A stretch of DNA of 64,000 bases from Eledone cirrhosa (GCA_964016885.1 OZ024756.1:26164001-26228000), one strand, 5' to 3'. Positions 12,261-28,588 are shown, counted from the stretch's first letter. Notes: a model not told the origin generated them from the letters alone. A program made the numbers and translations.

Positions 12261-14452
12261 CTACCAATTTTTCCACCAGCTCCATCACCACCACCACCAC
12301 CACCACCACCACCACCACCACCACCACCACTATAGAGTCACGACAACCATTACCTCCACCATCACTACCGCCACACCACCACTACTAGACACGACCACCA
12401 CCACCACTACTATCATCACCACCACACCACCACTATAGTCACGACCACTACCACCACACCACCACTATAGTCACGACCACTACCACCACACCACCACTAT
12501 AGTCACGACCACTACCGCCACCTCCATCACCACCACTACCACCACACTACCACCACACCACCACTATAGTCACGACCACTACCGCCACCTCCATCACCAC
12601 CACTACCACCACACTACCACCACACCACCACTATAGTCACGACCACTACCACCACACCACCACTATAGTCACGACCACTACCGCCACCTCCATCACCACC
12701 ACTACCACCACACTACCACCACACTACCACCACACCACCACTATAGTCACGACCACTACCGCCACCTCAATCACCACCACTACCACCACACTACCACCAC
12801 ACCACCACTATAGTCACGACCACTACCACCACACCACCACTATAGTCACGACCACTACCGCCACACCACCACTATAGTCACGACCACTACCGCCACCTCC
12901 GTCACCACCACTACCACCACACCACCACTATAGTCACGACCACTACCGCCACACCACCACTATAGTCACGACCACTACCTCCATCACCACCACTACCACC
13001 ACACCACCACTATAGTCACGACCACTACCTCCCTCACCACCACTACCGCCACCTCCATCACCACCACTGCCACCACACCACCACTATAGTCACGACCACT
13101 ACCACCACTACCGCCACCTCCATCACCACCACTGCCACCACACCACCACTATAGTCACGACCACTACCACCACTACCGCCACCTCCATCACCACCACTAC
13201 CACCGCACCACCACTATAGTCACGACCACTACCACCACTACCGCCACCTCCATCACCACCACTACCACCACACCACCACTATAGTCACGACCACTACCAC
13301 CACCTCCATCACCACCACTACCACCACACCACCACTATAGTCACGACCACTACCACCACACCACCACTATAGTCACGACCACTGCTGCCACCTCCATCAC
13401 CACCACTACCACCACACCACCACTATAGTCACGACCACTACCACCACCTCCATCACCACCACTACCACCACACCACCACTATAGTCACGACCACTACCAC
13501 CACCTCCATCACCACCACTACCACCACACCACCACTATAGTCACGACCACTACCACCACACCACCACTATAGTCACGACCACTACTGCCACCTCCATCAC
13601 CACCACTACCACCACACCACCACTATAGTCACGACCACTACTGCCACCTCCATCACCACCACTACCACCACACCACCACTATAGTCACGACCACTACTGC
13701 CACCTCCGTCACCACCACTACCACCACACCACCACTATAGTCACGACCACTACTGCCACCTCCATCACCACCACTACCACCACACCACCACTATAGTCAC
13801 GACCACTACCACCACCTCCATCACCACCACTACCACCACACCACCACTATAGTCACGACCACTACTGCCACCTCCATCACCACCACTACCACCACACCAC
13901 CACTATAGTCACGACCACTACCACCACCTCCATCACCACCACTACCACCACACCACCACTATAGTCACGACCACTACCACCACCTCCATCACCACCACTA
14001 CCACCACACCACCACTATAGTCACGACCACTACCACCACCTCCATCACCACCACTACCACCACACCACTACTATAGTCACGACCACTACCACCACCTCCA
14101 TCACCACCACTACCACCACACCACCACTATAGTCACGACCACTACTGCCACCTCCATCACCACCACTACCACCGCACCACCACTATAGTCACGACCACTA
14201 CTGCCACCTCCATCACCACCACTACCACCACACCACCACTATAGTCACGACCACTACCACCACACCACCACCCTCCGTCACCACCACTACCACCGCACCA
14301 CCACTATAGTCACGACCACTACCACCACACCACCACTACCACCGCACCACCACTATAGTCACGACCACTACCACCACCTCCATCACCACCACTACCACCA
14401 CACCACCACTATAGTCACGACCACTACTGCCACCTCCACCTGCACCACCACC

Positions 14453-14455
<3 letters not shown>
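12261..14455. repeat. Related variable-unit C-rich minisatellite (ccaccactatagtcacgaccactac core)
   Basis: Core repeated dozens of times, separated by variable (cca/cta)n linkers. Confidence 0.93.
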
Positions 14456-14513
<58 letters not shown>

Positions 14514-14527
14514 GGAGAGAGACAGAG

Positions 14528-14561
<34 letters not shown>

Positions 14562-14727
14562 AAAGGAAGAGAGGGAGAGAGAGATGTTAGAGAGACAGAC
14601 AGATAGATAGATAGTTGTGTGTGTGTGTGTGTGTGCTAGAGAGAGAGAGAGAGAGAGAGAGAGGGAAGAGATAGAGAGGGGAAAGGAGATAGAGAGGGGA
14701 AAGGAGATAGAGAGGGGGAGAGAGAGG

Positions 14728-14781
<54 letters not shown>

Positions 14782-14810
14782 GGAAGAGAGGAAGAGAGAG
14801 GTGGAAGAGA

Positions 14811-14860
<50 letters not shown>

Positions 14861-14944
14861 AGAGATAGAGAGGGGAAAGGAGAGAGAGAGGGGAAAGGAG
14901 AGAGAGAGGGGGAAGAGAGAGGTGGAAGAGAGGAGGAGAGAGGA

Positions 14945-14975
<31 letters not shown>

Positions 14976-15366
14976 GTAAATGCATGAGATGTTGAGGAAG
15001 AATATTAGCAGGTGACAATCTACATCCTTGGGAAATCTCCCCACCTCTCTTCTCCCTCTCTCTCTCTCTCCCTCCCTCTCTCCATCTTACCTCCCTTTCT
15101 CTCTCTCCCCTCTCTCCCCGTCTCTCTATATCTTACCCCTTTCTCCCCCTCCCCCTTCTCCCTCCACCTCGCCCCTTTCTCACCTCTCCATCTCCCCCTC
15201 TCTATATCTTACCCCCCCCCTCTCTCTCCAATAAGAATAAGATGAGATACAAGATACGATGTGGATGTTTGGCTGGGATTTTAACACAAATCAACATCTT
15301 ACAACACTGATACACCACTGCTACTATATATTTAGGTAAATATATATTTTATATTGAAGATATCTG

Positions 15367-15438
<72 letters not shown>

Positions 15439-15502
15439 TATATATATATGTATATATATATATATATGTATACATACATACATACATATGTATATATATG
15501 AT

Positions 15503-15577
<75 letters not shown>

Positions 15578-15604
15578 ACATACATACATATGTATATATA
15601 TGAT

Positions 15605-15651
<47 letters not shown>

Positions 15652-15678
15652 ACATACATACATATGTATATATATGAT

Positions 15679-15721
<43 letters not shown>

Positions 15722-15748
15722 ACATACATACATATGTATATATATGAT

Positions 15749-15823
<75 letters not shown>

Positions 15824-16793
15824 ATATATGTGTATATATATACATATATGTGTATATATATATATATATGTATGTATTGTATATATATCTATCTATGTTT
15901 GTATGTATGTATGTATGTATGTATGTATGTATGTATGTATGTATGTGTGTATGTATCTATTGTATATATATATGTATGTATGTGTGATGTAGTGTTGTGG
16001 TGTTGTGTTGTGGTGATGTGTTGGGTGGTGCCGTGTGGTGTTGTGATAGTGTCATGTGGTGTTGTAGTGGTGTGAGGGTGTGGTGTAGCGTGGCGTGGTG
16101 GTGCTGGTGGTAGTGGTGTGGTGTAGCGTGGTGGTGGAGTGTGGTATTGGTGTGGTGTGGAAAGTGTTGTGTAGTGTGGTGTGGTGTAGGGTGGTGTGGT
16201 GTAGTATAATGTGGTGTGGTGTTGTGTAGTGTGGTGTGGTGTTGTGTGGTGTGGTGTAGTGTGGTGTGGTGTGGTGTTGTGTAGTGTGGTGTGGTGTAGG
16301 GTGGTGTAGTATACTGTGGTGTGGTGTTGTGTAGTGTGGTGTGGTGCTGTGTAGAGTGGTGTGGTGTAGGGTGGTGTGGTGTAGTATAATGTGGCGTGGT
16401 GCTGTGTGGTGTGGTGTTGTGTAGAGTGGTGTGGTGTGGTGCTGTGTAGTGTGGTGTGGTGTGGAGGCTGTGTAGTGTGGTGTGGTGTGGTGTCGTATAA
16501 TGGTGTGTGGTGTTATGTAGTACAATGTGGTGTGGTGTAGTGTGGAGCTTGTGTAGGGTGGCGTGGTGTGGTGTGGTGTGTGGTGGTGCAATGTAGTGTT
16601 GTTTGGTGTAGTGTGGAGGTGGCTGTGTAGTGTAGTTTTGTGTAATGTGATGGTGTGATGGTGGAGTGGTGATGGTGGTGGTGGTGATGTTGTTGTGGTT
16701 TTGAGGTGTTGGTGTTGTTATAGTGATTGTGGTGGTGTGGTGGCGGCGTGGTGGGGTGGTGGTAGTTAAACAAATATTATGTATATAGACATA

Positions 16794-16873
<80 letters not shown>
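14456..16873. repeat. Compound microsatellite block: (GA)n, CT-rich, (TA)n/(TG)n, (GTGTG/GTGGT)n, (TA)n
   Basis: Direct reading. Confidence 0.95.
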
Positions 16874-16875
<2 letters not shown>

Positions 16876-16883
16876 CCAGGATT

Positions 16884-16943
16884 TTTCATTCTGAGGATTG
16901 AAAGCAAAACCTTTTGCTTTTAAGAAACCACTGGTAAATGGAA
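16884..16943 (+). ncRNA. Type I hammerhead ribozyme motif
   Basis: tttcatt CTGAGGA ttgaaagcaaa-acct-tttgcttttaa GAAA cc-act-gg TA aatggaa. Stem I 7 bp, stem II 11 bp, stem III A-CC/GG-U, GUA site. Lies between (TA)n tracts. Confidence 0.8.
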
Positions 16944-17154
16944 TAATTGCCTTATGTTGTTTATTACATAATAATAATATATATATATATATAGTATTAA
17001 GTATACTATTTATAGTTATGGAAATACAAAAACCTTTTGTAGTTATATATATTTTTACAAACCCTAAATAGTGATAGGCAGTAATGTATTACTACCTTAT
17101 TACCAGTAAGTTAAATAGCTCAATGTAATAACATCAGATGATTTACAGAGCAGT

Positions 17155-17226
17155 TATATGAATTATAAGAATCAAAGAACTGTTCAAAACATAAAAATGT
17201 TTTGAACAGTTCTTTGATTCTTATAA

Positions 17227-17234
<8 letters not shown>
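17155..17234. repeat. Perfect DNA hairpin (38-bp arms, aaaa loop) with a unique tail at ~17085-17154
   Basis: tatatgaattataagaatcaaagaactgttcaaaacat followed by its reverse complement. The tail is homologous to 50248-50312. Confidence 0.9.
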
Positions 17235-17264
<30 letters not shown>

Positions 17265-17267
<3 letters not shown>

Positions 17268-17269
17268 TA

Positions 17270-17310
<41 letters not shown>

Positions 17311-17371
17311 ACACGTAAAATATCGACAAAAATATGCTGTTATTGAAAAATATTATGTATATAAACATAAG

Positions 17372-17405
<34 letters not shown>

Positions 17406-17494
17406 CTTATGTTTATATACATAATATTTTTCAATAACAGCATATTTTTGTCGATATTTTACGTGTGTTTATATATATATATATAGACATAAGA
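17265..17494. repeat. Palindrome centred on a (TA)n tract
   Basis: tcttatgtc...aaacacacgtaaaatatcgacaaaaatatgctgttattgaaaaatattatgtatataaacataagc, then (TA)n, then the reverse complement. Confidence 0.9.
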
Positions 17495-17511
17495 TATATA
17501 TATATATATAT

Positions 17512-17833
<322 letters not shown>

Positions 17834-18142
17834 AAACACAAACATGAACACACACACATATAATCATACACACATTTATACACCATCACGTGTAATATAT
17901 GTTGAAAAACTGCAATTAACCTTGCAATTAGTGTGTGTGTGTAAAATGTTAAAAAAATTACAATCAAGGGAGATAAATCGCATAACATTAGTTAATCAAA
18001 ATATTTTGGAATATAGATATATTGTATTTATTATTAGTGGAGCCTTAGCTTTAATACCAACCGAGGGAAGGAACAGACACATACGAAGAAAGAACTAGGT
18101 ACGAGCAATCGAACTCTCTAGCCACTAAGTCATATGTTTTCG

Positions 18143-18199
<57 letters not shown>

Positions 18200-18573
18200 T
18201 ATGTGTATGTATTATGCATGCGTATGTATATAAGTATATGTTATATATGTATATATATATGTATATATATACGTATATATATAGATATACACACATATGT
18301 ATACACATACATACATATGTGTATGTATTATGCATGCGTATGTATGTAAGTATATGTTATGTATATATATATATATATACATATAAATACATATGTACAC
18401 ATACATACATGCATATATATGTGTATGTATTATGCATGCGTATGTATGTAAGTATATGTTATATATGTATATATATATGTATATATATAGATATACACAC
18501 ATATGTACACATACATACATGCATATATATGTGTATGTATTATGCATGCGTATGTATGTAAGTATATGTTATG

Positions 18574-18606
<33 letters not shown>

Positions 18607-19140
18607 ATACATATGTACACATACATACATGCATATATATGTGTATGTATTATGCATGCGTATGTATGTAAGTATATGTTATATATGTATATATATATGT
18701 ATATATATAGATATACACACATATGTACACATACATGCATATATATGTGTATGTATTATGCATGCGTATGTGTATGTAGGCGTATGCATGTACGTAAGTA
18801 TATGTATATATATACATACATACATACATACTCATACATACCTACACATGCATGCACATACACATACATCGATATCGATCCCTGGACTATGGTAGGGAGG
18901 TAGGCTCAAATTACTGAAAAACAAAACCCGAAAACGCACCCAAAAAACAACGATGAGGTCGGTGTAAATTTACATGTCTACCTCGGGATTGGGCGTGGGG
19001 TGGGGTATAACGGGGTGGATAAATTGGCCAATCCTCGTTAAACATGTTCACCTGACATTCTGTTTGTTCACATTGTGATGCGATGCGTGAACGGCAGTGT
19101 GTTAATAGAAGAATAAAAAATGGAGAATACCCAAAGGTTT

Positions 19141-19345
19141 GTAGCTGTAGCTTAGTGGTTAGAGTGTTGGGTTCACAATGGGGAGGTTGTGAGTTCGATT
19201 CCAGGCTCAGGCGGTGCTTTGATTCCTTGAGCATGACACTATATTTCACGTTGCTTCAGTTGGCTCAGCTGGAAAAAAATGAGTTGTGACGTCACTGGTG
19301 CCAAGCTGCATCGGACTTTGCCTTTCTCCTTGACAACACCGTATA
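19141..19345 (+). mobile_element. tRNA-derived CORE-like SINE (family B); other copies at 24548-24670(-), 32835-32975(+), 54170-54428(-), 55215-55380(+)
   Basis: A box tagcttagtggttag, B box gagttcgattc, then tccttgagca.gacact...tttcacgttgct. Confidence 0.75.
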
Positions 19346-19356
19346 GCGTATATATA

Positions 19357-19384
<28 letters not shown>

Positions 19385-19388
<4 letters not shown>

Positions 19389-19582
19389 GAACGAGTGGGA
19401 CCCCGACGGCTGAGCTCAAGCCGTTTCGACGGCTAATTCTGGAGTCCAGAATTAGCCGTCGAAACGGCTTGAGCTCAGCCGTCGGGGTCCCACTCGTTCC
19501 TATTACCCACTCTACTACCCTAAGTATTGAGTACTTTGGTGCGTTATGGTCCATCTCGTTCCTTACCACATTTCCTTCGTTA
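19385..19582 (+). mobile_element. Fold-back half-hammerhead element, family H1 (copy 2)
   Basis: Perfect 59-bp arms centred on 19444. GAAA at 19461-19464, GTC at 19481-19483. Same tail as copy 1, flanked by (TA)n. Confidence 0.75.
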
Positions 19583-21760
19583 TATATATATATATATAGT
19601 GTATATATACATATATACATTATATAGTGTACTTAGTTTATATTTAGTGTATATATCGACTACATGGTGTTTATATAAGTCGCAACGTCACCGATGGTGC
19701 CAAGCTAGCACAACATCGTATAGCGTATATATAATGTATTTATATATTTATCAATATGTAGTATATACAGGGGCCTCGTTTGCCTTAAAAATGTGAGGGT
19801 GAGAAACCAACATTTGTTGATTCTTAAAGGAGCATAAATTGCTTATGGTGCCTTTCCCGGACCCTATCACATAAGTAAAATTTTACGCTAATTAAATTTT
19901 ATATATTCAAATGAAGTTCAGATATAAAAAAAATAAGATTAAAAAGAATTTATTATATCAAATAAACAAAAAATAAAATATAGAAGTTTGAAAAAGTGGG
20001 GACTTGTCCTTTGGTACCCCCCTGAAACAAGGCCCTTAAGTGTATATATATATATATATATAGATTATATAGTGTACTTAGTCTATGTATGGAATGGCTC
20101 TTCCAGCGCATCTTCCTTACCATTCTCCGGGGGAAACGCCTTCTCCATTCTGCCCGCCGGGGCTGTGGGGCGGCCAACACGTGGGACCCCATTTGCTCAC
20201 TATACAGAAAGATGGAGGCGATGACGGTGGGAGTTCAGCTCTTCTGTGTTCAAGAGTGTATTTTCATACTTGTGAGAGGAACATTGTGAATTCCTATTTA
20301 TAGTTTTACATGTTTACCATAAATGATTCGCCACTAAGCGTTCTTACAATTACAAACAAGCTATAAAACCCTTACACTGTCATGCTGAGTAAGAACACAA
20401 CACATGCCATACATGGTGTATATATGAATCGCGACGTCACTGGTTCCAAGCTGTATCGGCCTTTGTCTTTTCTTTATACAACATCATATACAATGTAGAT
20501 ATAACGTACATAGGGTATATATAGTGGTTTCTTATATAGGCAGAAGGCCAGTAACTTTGGGGGAGGGAGAAGTCGATTAAATTGACCCCAGTGCGTGACT
20601 GGTACTTTATTTTATCGATCCCGTAAGATAAATTACGACTGAAAAGTTGGGGTAAAAAAAATCAGAAAGATTTCACTTAGGAGACTTAGGCGAGCCATTC
20701 AGAAAGCTTTGCAGGCTGCAGGTTGTCCATAACTGTAATAAACCACGTCCAATACAAGCAAATCAACCACAAACTATTTCATGTTAAACCAACAAAACCT
20801 GAAACTCATTACCGAAAAATGAATCTAAACCAAATCTAAACATCTCACAGACAGACGATAACGTAATAAAAACCAATCTACTATAGTAGTACTAAGGACA
20901 AACTCGTCCTCAATATCCAGTTTTCGTCAAAGGTTATGGCTACTAAATAAATTATAACCGTATATTCTGCTGAGCATTTAATCATAAAACTACCATATCA
21001 TCATAAACAAACCACTATCATATTCGAAGGCTGTCGTCCATGTATCCCACAAAGAAAACAAAGTTAAAATAAATTAACCGAAACCTAAAATAACTCTCTC
21101 CATAGATCCACTAAAGAAAACATAATTTACAAGATGGCTGACCTATCTGCTTTTCTAAGTTTTCTTTCTTTTCTTACTTTCATCTATCTTCTTATTTACT
21201 CTATCTCCCAAGCAATCTCTCCGTGCCCTGACTTCAACCCTTTTGATACCCAAAATATTCCAACTTAATTTTATATAAGAACTATCTTAGTAATGAAATA
21301 ATCAATAATTTTAATAAATCCTTAATAAACCCATTTTGATATCAACCTGCCAGAAACCAGCCCTGGTACTACGAAACAAAACAAAACATTTTAAAGCGTT
21401 CCTATTTGAATTAAAATCTTCCGACATAATTTTGCATAAGACCCACATGTTAAGTTACTAGCTTAGTAACGAATAGAAAATTCATTGTCGAAAGCGACGG
21501 AGGTCCATTCAATCTTACGCAAGATATATCTTGTGTTATTTGGACTGTTTACCCAGACGCTATAGTTGTTTATGTTCTTCAGACATTCTTCACCATATTT
21601 TGTTTCCTTCTATTCAGAAATATCTTCAGCTTTAATTCCAGTCAGCATGACTTTACCGATCACATCGATAGTTCGGTCTATTTACTGTAATCCCGCTGTT
21701 GCTAATATTTTGGTCACACAGGATTAACAAGTCTATGTTATGCATAAAGATTTGTATAAT

Positions 21761-22435
21761 AATAATTGTTTCTACTTTAGGCACAAGGCCAGCAATTACC
21801 CAGTACATTACTGGTACTTTAATTTGTATAATAATAATAATACTAATAATTGTTTCTATTTTTGGTACAAGGCCAGCAATTACCCAGTACATTACTGGTA
21901 CTTTATTTTATCGACCCCGTAAGGATGAAAGGCAAAGTTAACCCCGGCGGGATTTGAACTCAGAATGGCAAGGGCCGTAACTCTATACGTCAAAGCATGG
22001 CGTCCAACCCTCTACCAATAATGGTTTCTGATTTAGGTACATGGTCAATACATTTTGGGGAGGGGAAAGTCGATTAAATCGACCCCAGTGCGTGACTGGT
22101 ACTTTATTTTATCGACCCTGTAAAGATGAAAGGCAAAGTAAACACGGCGGGATTTGAACGCAGATCATAAAGGGCCGTAACTCTATGCTGCAAATCATGG
22201 TGCCCGACGACCTACTGATCCTGCCAATCCGCTGTCCTCTTTTGTATAATAATGGTTTCAGATTTAGGCACAAGGCCAGCAATTTTTTGGGAGGGGAAAG
22301 TCGATTAAATCGACCCCAGTGCGTTACTGGTACTTTATTTTATCGATCCCCTAAGGATGAAACGTAAAGCTAACCTCGGCGGGATTTAGTGTTCAAATTG
22401 CTGGCCTGGTGCCAAATGTAGAAACAATTATTATT
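21761..22435 (-). mobile_element. Cluster of three head-to-tail SINE family A copies, plus a duplicated tail and an inverted tail fragment
   Basis: Repeated ctggtactttattttatcgaccc..ggatgaaaggcaaag..ggcgggatttgaac at ~21895, ~22097 and ~22327. Confidence 0.85.
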
Positions 22436-22449
22436 ATTGTTGTTGTAAT

Positions 22450-22558
22450 CCTACTACTACTACTACTACTATTACTACTACTACTACTACTACCACCGCC
22501 GCCACCACCACCACCACCACCACTACTACTACTGCTGCTACTGCTGCTGCTGCTGCTG

Positions 22559-22617
<59 letters not shown>

Positions 22618-22701
22618 GCCACAGCCGCCGCCGCCACCACCACCACCACCACCACCACCACCACCACCACCACCACCACCACCACCACCACCACTACTAC
22701 T

Positions 22702-22767
<66 letters not shown>
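22450..22767. repeat. Compound trinucleotide tract (CTA/CCA/CTG/CCG)n
   Basis: Direct reading. Confidence 0.95.
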
Positions 22768-22768
<1 letters not shown>

Positions 22769-23342
22769 AAACCTGAGCTCAAATTATGCAATTCCATCGT
22801 GATGCACGAAACTGCATTACCCAGAGTGTGGCTGACGAAGAAGGTGGATATATAAATATCGTTTATTGTACGAAAGAAACCTCAGTTCTCAAATTGAATT
22901 TTGAAGACTTGATGGTGGGGAAAATATGAAAATATTTTCCAAAATAAATAATCAAAGACAAACAGACATAAATGTTTGATCATATTGGTTCCAAATCTAT
23001 CACGAAACTCTTTTGATGGAGAAGAAGACAAAACAATTTCCTTTTGCTTACTTTTTTCCTATTTTTGTTTCTATTTTTTTTTTGTTTATTTTCTGTTTTT
23101 CTATTTTTCTATTTATTATTCGTTTTCTTTTTAGTATCGCTTTCACATTTCTGGAAGTGTTCTTTACTTGTGTTGGAATCAATACAGACACACATACACA
23201 CACACAGAGACACACACAGAGACACACACACAGATACACACACAGACACACACACACACACATATATACACATACACACAGACACAGACACAGACACACA
23301 CACACACATACACACACACAGACACACACAGACACACACACA

Positions 23343-23386
<44 letters not shown>

Positions 23387-23572
23387 TACAGACACACACA
23401 GATACAGACACACACACACACACACAGATACGGACACACACACAGACACACACATTACACACACACACAGATACAGACACACACACACACACACAGATAC
23501 AGACACACACACAGATACAGACACACACAGACACAGACACACACACACGGATACAGACACACACACACACAT

Positions 23573-23607
<35 letters not shown>

Positions 23608-23764
23608 TATCTATATATATATATAGAGAGAGATAGAGGGAAAGAGAGAGACAAATACACACACACACACATACACCCACACACACACAGATATATATAT
23701 ATATAGAGAGAGAGAGAGGGAGAGAGAGAGAGAGACAAATACACACACACACACAGACACACAG

Positions 23765-23837
<73 letters not shown>

Positions 23838-24143
23838 CACACACACACACACACACGTACACACACACACACACACAGGTATATATAGAGAGAAACAGGC
23901 AGAGAAAGCAAAATATATATACTGTACATATATGTATACACATACACAAACACGTGTACTCATAAACTTCACATTACAACTAGTAAGGCCAGTGCAGTCT
24001 CTCTCTCTCTCTTCCCCCTCTCTCCCTCTAACTGAGACGTCACTAATCTCAGGCGTCTCACTCACACATTATATATGTGTTCATTTTTCACTGCTTGTCT
24101 GTCTACCAGCACCCCCTCATTCTCTTTCTGTGTGTGTGTGTAT

Positions 24144-24176
<33 letters not shown>

Positions 24177-24300
24177 CACACACAGTTCTTTGAGAAAAAA
24201 ACACCATACTTCGGAATTGGGTATATCAAAAGATCGAAATAACAGAGGTAAACTTTGTTCCATCATTATGTTTTTCTGTTTTTTTCTGTTCAAGTTCTAG

Positions 24301-24357
24301 CTGTCTGATGAGGTCATAGCTGTTGAATAATGGTTATCACCGAAATATATATAACAG
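24301..24357 (+). ncRNA. Type I hammerhead ribozyme motif
   Basis: ctgt CTGATGA ggt-c-atagctgtt-gaat-aatggttat-c-acc GAAA tatata TA acag. Palindromic stem III, AUA site. Sits in a ~230-nt unique insert between (TA)n tracts. Confidence 0.78.
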
Positions 24358-24407
24358 AGAATATGATTAAACGAAATTAATTTTAACCCGTTGACTTACA
24401 CTTCTTG

Positions 24408-24451
<44 letters not shown>

Positions 24452-25110
24452 GATCGATCGACTTTCGTCAAATCGGACCGAGGAAACGATGTTTCCGTTG
24501 GTCTTTCCAGTTGCTAATACTATCTATCGGTCGCAACTCCAGGTAGAAGGAACAACGTGAAATAAAGTGTCTTGCTCAAGGACATAACGCATCGCCCGGT
24601 CCAGGAATCAAACTCACAACCTCAAGATTGCGAATCCAATTCTCTAACCACTCAGCCACACGTCTTCACATACATATATATATATTCGTAGAATAATGAG
24701 AACTCAACAGAAGGAAGCTGTTAAAACAGCAAATACCGTCAATGACAAGGTCGGGTAAAATTTACCTCAAAGGGCAGAAATCAGCTGCTAGAAGTATGTT
24801 GGCCCGCAGAAGTGATAGGAAGAAAGGAGCAAAGGAAGGCAATGAGCGAGAGAAGATCACACAGACATTTATATACACTCATCAGCTTTTAGACCGGCTG
24901 TGGTTTCACACAATTTAACTAAAAGTTCCACGGAAAATAGACGGCTCAAGTAACAGATAAATAAATATTTCTGTTGGTATGATGTTTGTGAGAAACGAAC
25001 AGATTAGATAGCCAGACAATGTATTAAAAAAAAATGATATATAGCATGTGAGTAATACTATAATATCAGTTCAGTGAGAAATAATATTTAAACTATAATA
25101 CACATGTGTC

Positions 25111-25178
<68 letters not shown>

Positions 25179-25293
25179 TATATATTGACGATATTTTGCT
25201 GCTTCGGCAATTTTCCTTTGCGTTGAGTAACAAATTATTCTATAACTCGATTTTAGACCTTGTTTATATATATATATGTATGTATATATATAA

Positions 25294-25366
<73 letters not shown>

Positions 25367-26063
25367 AATGAAAAATGGCGAGCTGTGTTGTTGCTAATAG
25401 GATATATATAAAAATGAAGAATTAGAAATAGAAGCCAGGACTATCCTTCATCAGTGGTCTACTAGCCATCATAGGTATTTCTTCGCATTACAGACCATAT
25501 ACCTCAGGCTAGGGCAATGCAATAACTAAAATAATAAGAGGAAGACCAAGGTTAACGTATGTTGATGCCCTAAGGACAGACACTGGTCTGTTGGAGACGC
25601 AGGACATGGCAGCGATAATGAGGGACAGAGACCACTGGAGAGAACTCGTCCATGGATCTCGGGAATTTTACCCGCCTTAGAAAGAGAATATATATATATA
25701 TGAATAATATTTAAACTATAATACATATGTATCCATACATACATGCACACTTACACACATACTTACATATATACATATATACACACTTACACACATTCTT
25801 ACAGATATACATACATACACACATACTTACATATATACATACATATACACTTACACACACACATGTTAAGCTACTCTTAATTTTTACAATTGTATCCAGC
25901 AAATGTTTTTCTATGATGTCAAACAAAGGAAAAGATGATTTGGCTATTTATACAAAAAGTTCGTAGTCCTGATGAAGTTATTTGTGTTCCAGTCACCCTC
26001 TCTCTATCTCTCTATACAGACATACACGTGTGTGTTAGTGTGTATGTATATATATATACATAC

Positions 26064-26096
<33 letters not shown>

Positions 26097-26163
26097 CTGT
26101 CATATATATAAATATATATATATATACATACTGTCATATATATAAATATATATATATACATAC

Positions 26164-26272
<109 letters not shown>

Positions 26273-26486
26273 GATATATAGATACATATATATACATATT
26301 CATACACACACACATATATATATATATAATATTCCACCATTGCTATCGAGGTTGTTGATGCCTTCTGTTGTTTAGAATAATCTTATGTAGCTTGTGTTTT
26401 CTTTTAAGTATTTATTTTGGATTCTAATGCTAACTCTTATGACATGTGAGGAAACTTATTCATATAGATAGATTAAACCCATATAT

Positions 26487-26981
<495 letters not shown>

Positions 26982-26985
26982 CATA

Positions 26986-27077
<92 letters not shown>

Positions 27078-27137
27078 TATGTATATATATACATATATAT
27101 GTATATATATATATATTTATATTTATATATATATATT

Positions 27138-27215
<78 letters not shown>

Positions 27216-27218
27216 CCT

Positions 27219-27342
<124 letters not shown>

Positions 27343-27368
27343 TTATATATATATATATATATATATAC

Positions 27369-27478
<110 letters not shown>

Positions 27479-27479
27479 T

Positions 27480-27510
<31 letters not shown>

Positions 27511-27540
27511 ATATATACACATATACATATATATACACAT

Positions 27541-27653
<113 letters not shown>

Positions 27654-27674
27654 TATATATATATACACATATAC

Positions 27675-27712
<38 letters not shown>

Positions 27713-28021
27713 GTTTAACAAGGTTCAATGAATTCATCAATGAATAAACTTTCACAATAGGTTATAAGCACTCTACAGTGAAGTTTTCTGGAGTTATTAA
27801 TATTACTTCAAAATATTAATAAATATGTGATTAAATATATTTTATTATACATATTTCAGAGGTATTTATCTTTTTACACATTCTCATACGCACCCTCTGT
27901 ATTATATGTAATTTTTCATGTTTCAACTTAAGGTACATAAATATCGAGTTTTGTCATAACTAATCACTGCCATGACTAAATTATAACCATCAACATAGTC
28001 AAGGTATGTCAGGCATCAACT

Positions 28022-28087
28022 TATTTTATCTGATGAGGACGTACTGTTGAAATAGCTCAGTATCTCTGAAATATGTATAATAAAATA
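28022..28087 (+). ncRNA. Type I hammerhead ribozyme motif within insert 27706-28135, which has inverted ends (27800-27862 vs 28060-28134)
   Basis: tattttat CTGATGA gga-c-gtactg..cagtat-c-tct GAAA tatgta TA ataaaata. An inverted 3'-half copy lies at ~27836-27862. Confidence 0.82.
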
Positions 28088-28188
28088 TATTTGACCACAT
28101 GAATGTCTATATTTATTAATATTTTGAAGTAATATACATATAAACATATAAATATATACACATACACATATAAATATATATATTTGTA

Positions 28189-28365
<177 letters not shown>

Positions 28366-28389
28366 TATATATATATATATATATATATG

Positions 28390-28474
<85 letters not shown>

Positions 28475-28516
28475 TATATATATATATATATATAGTATTA
28501 TATATATATATATATG

Positions 28517-28588
<72 letters not shown>

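Noticed and set aside
19141-19215. tRNA gene
   Set aside because: A and B boxes are present, but there is no complete cloverleaf or acceptor stem and it continues into a SINE body. The same applies to 32835 and 55215.
19768-20036. Possible MITE with ends caggggcctcgttt / aaacaaggccct
   Set aside because: The inverted match is short and imperfect, with no clear TSD and no second copy in the window.
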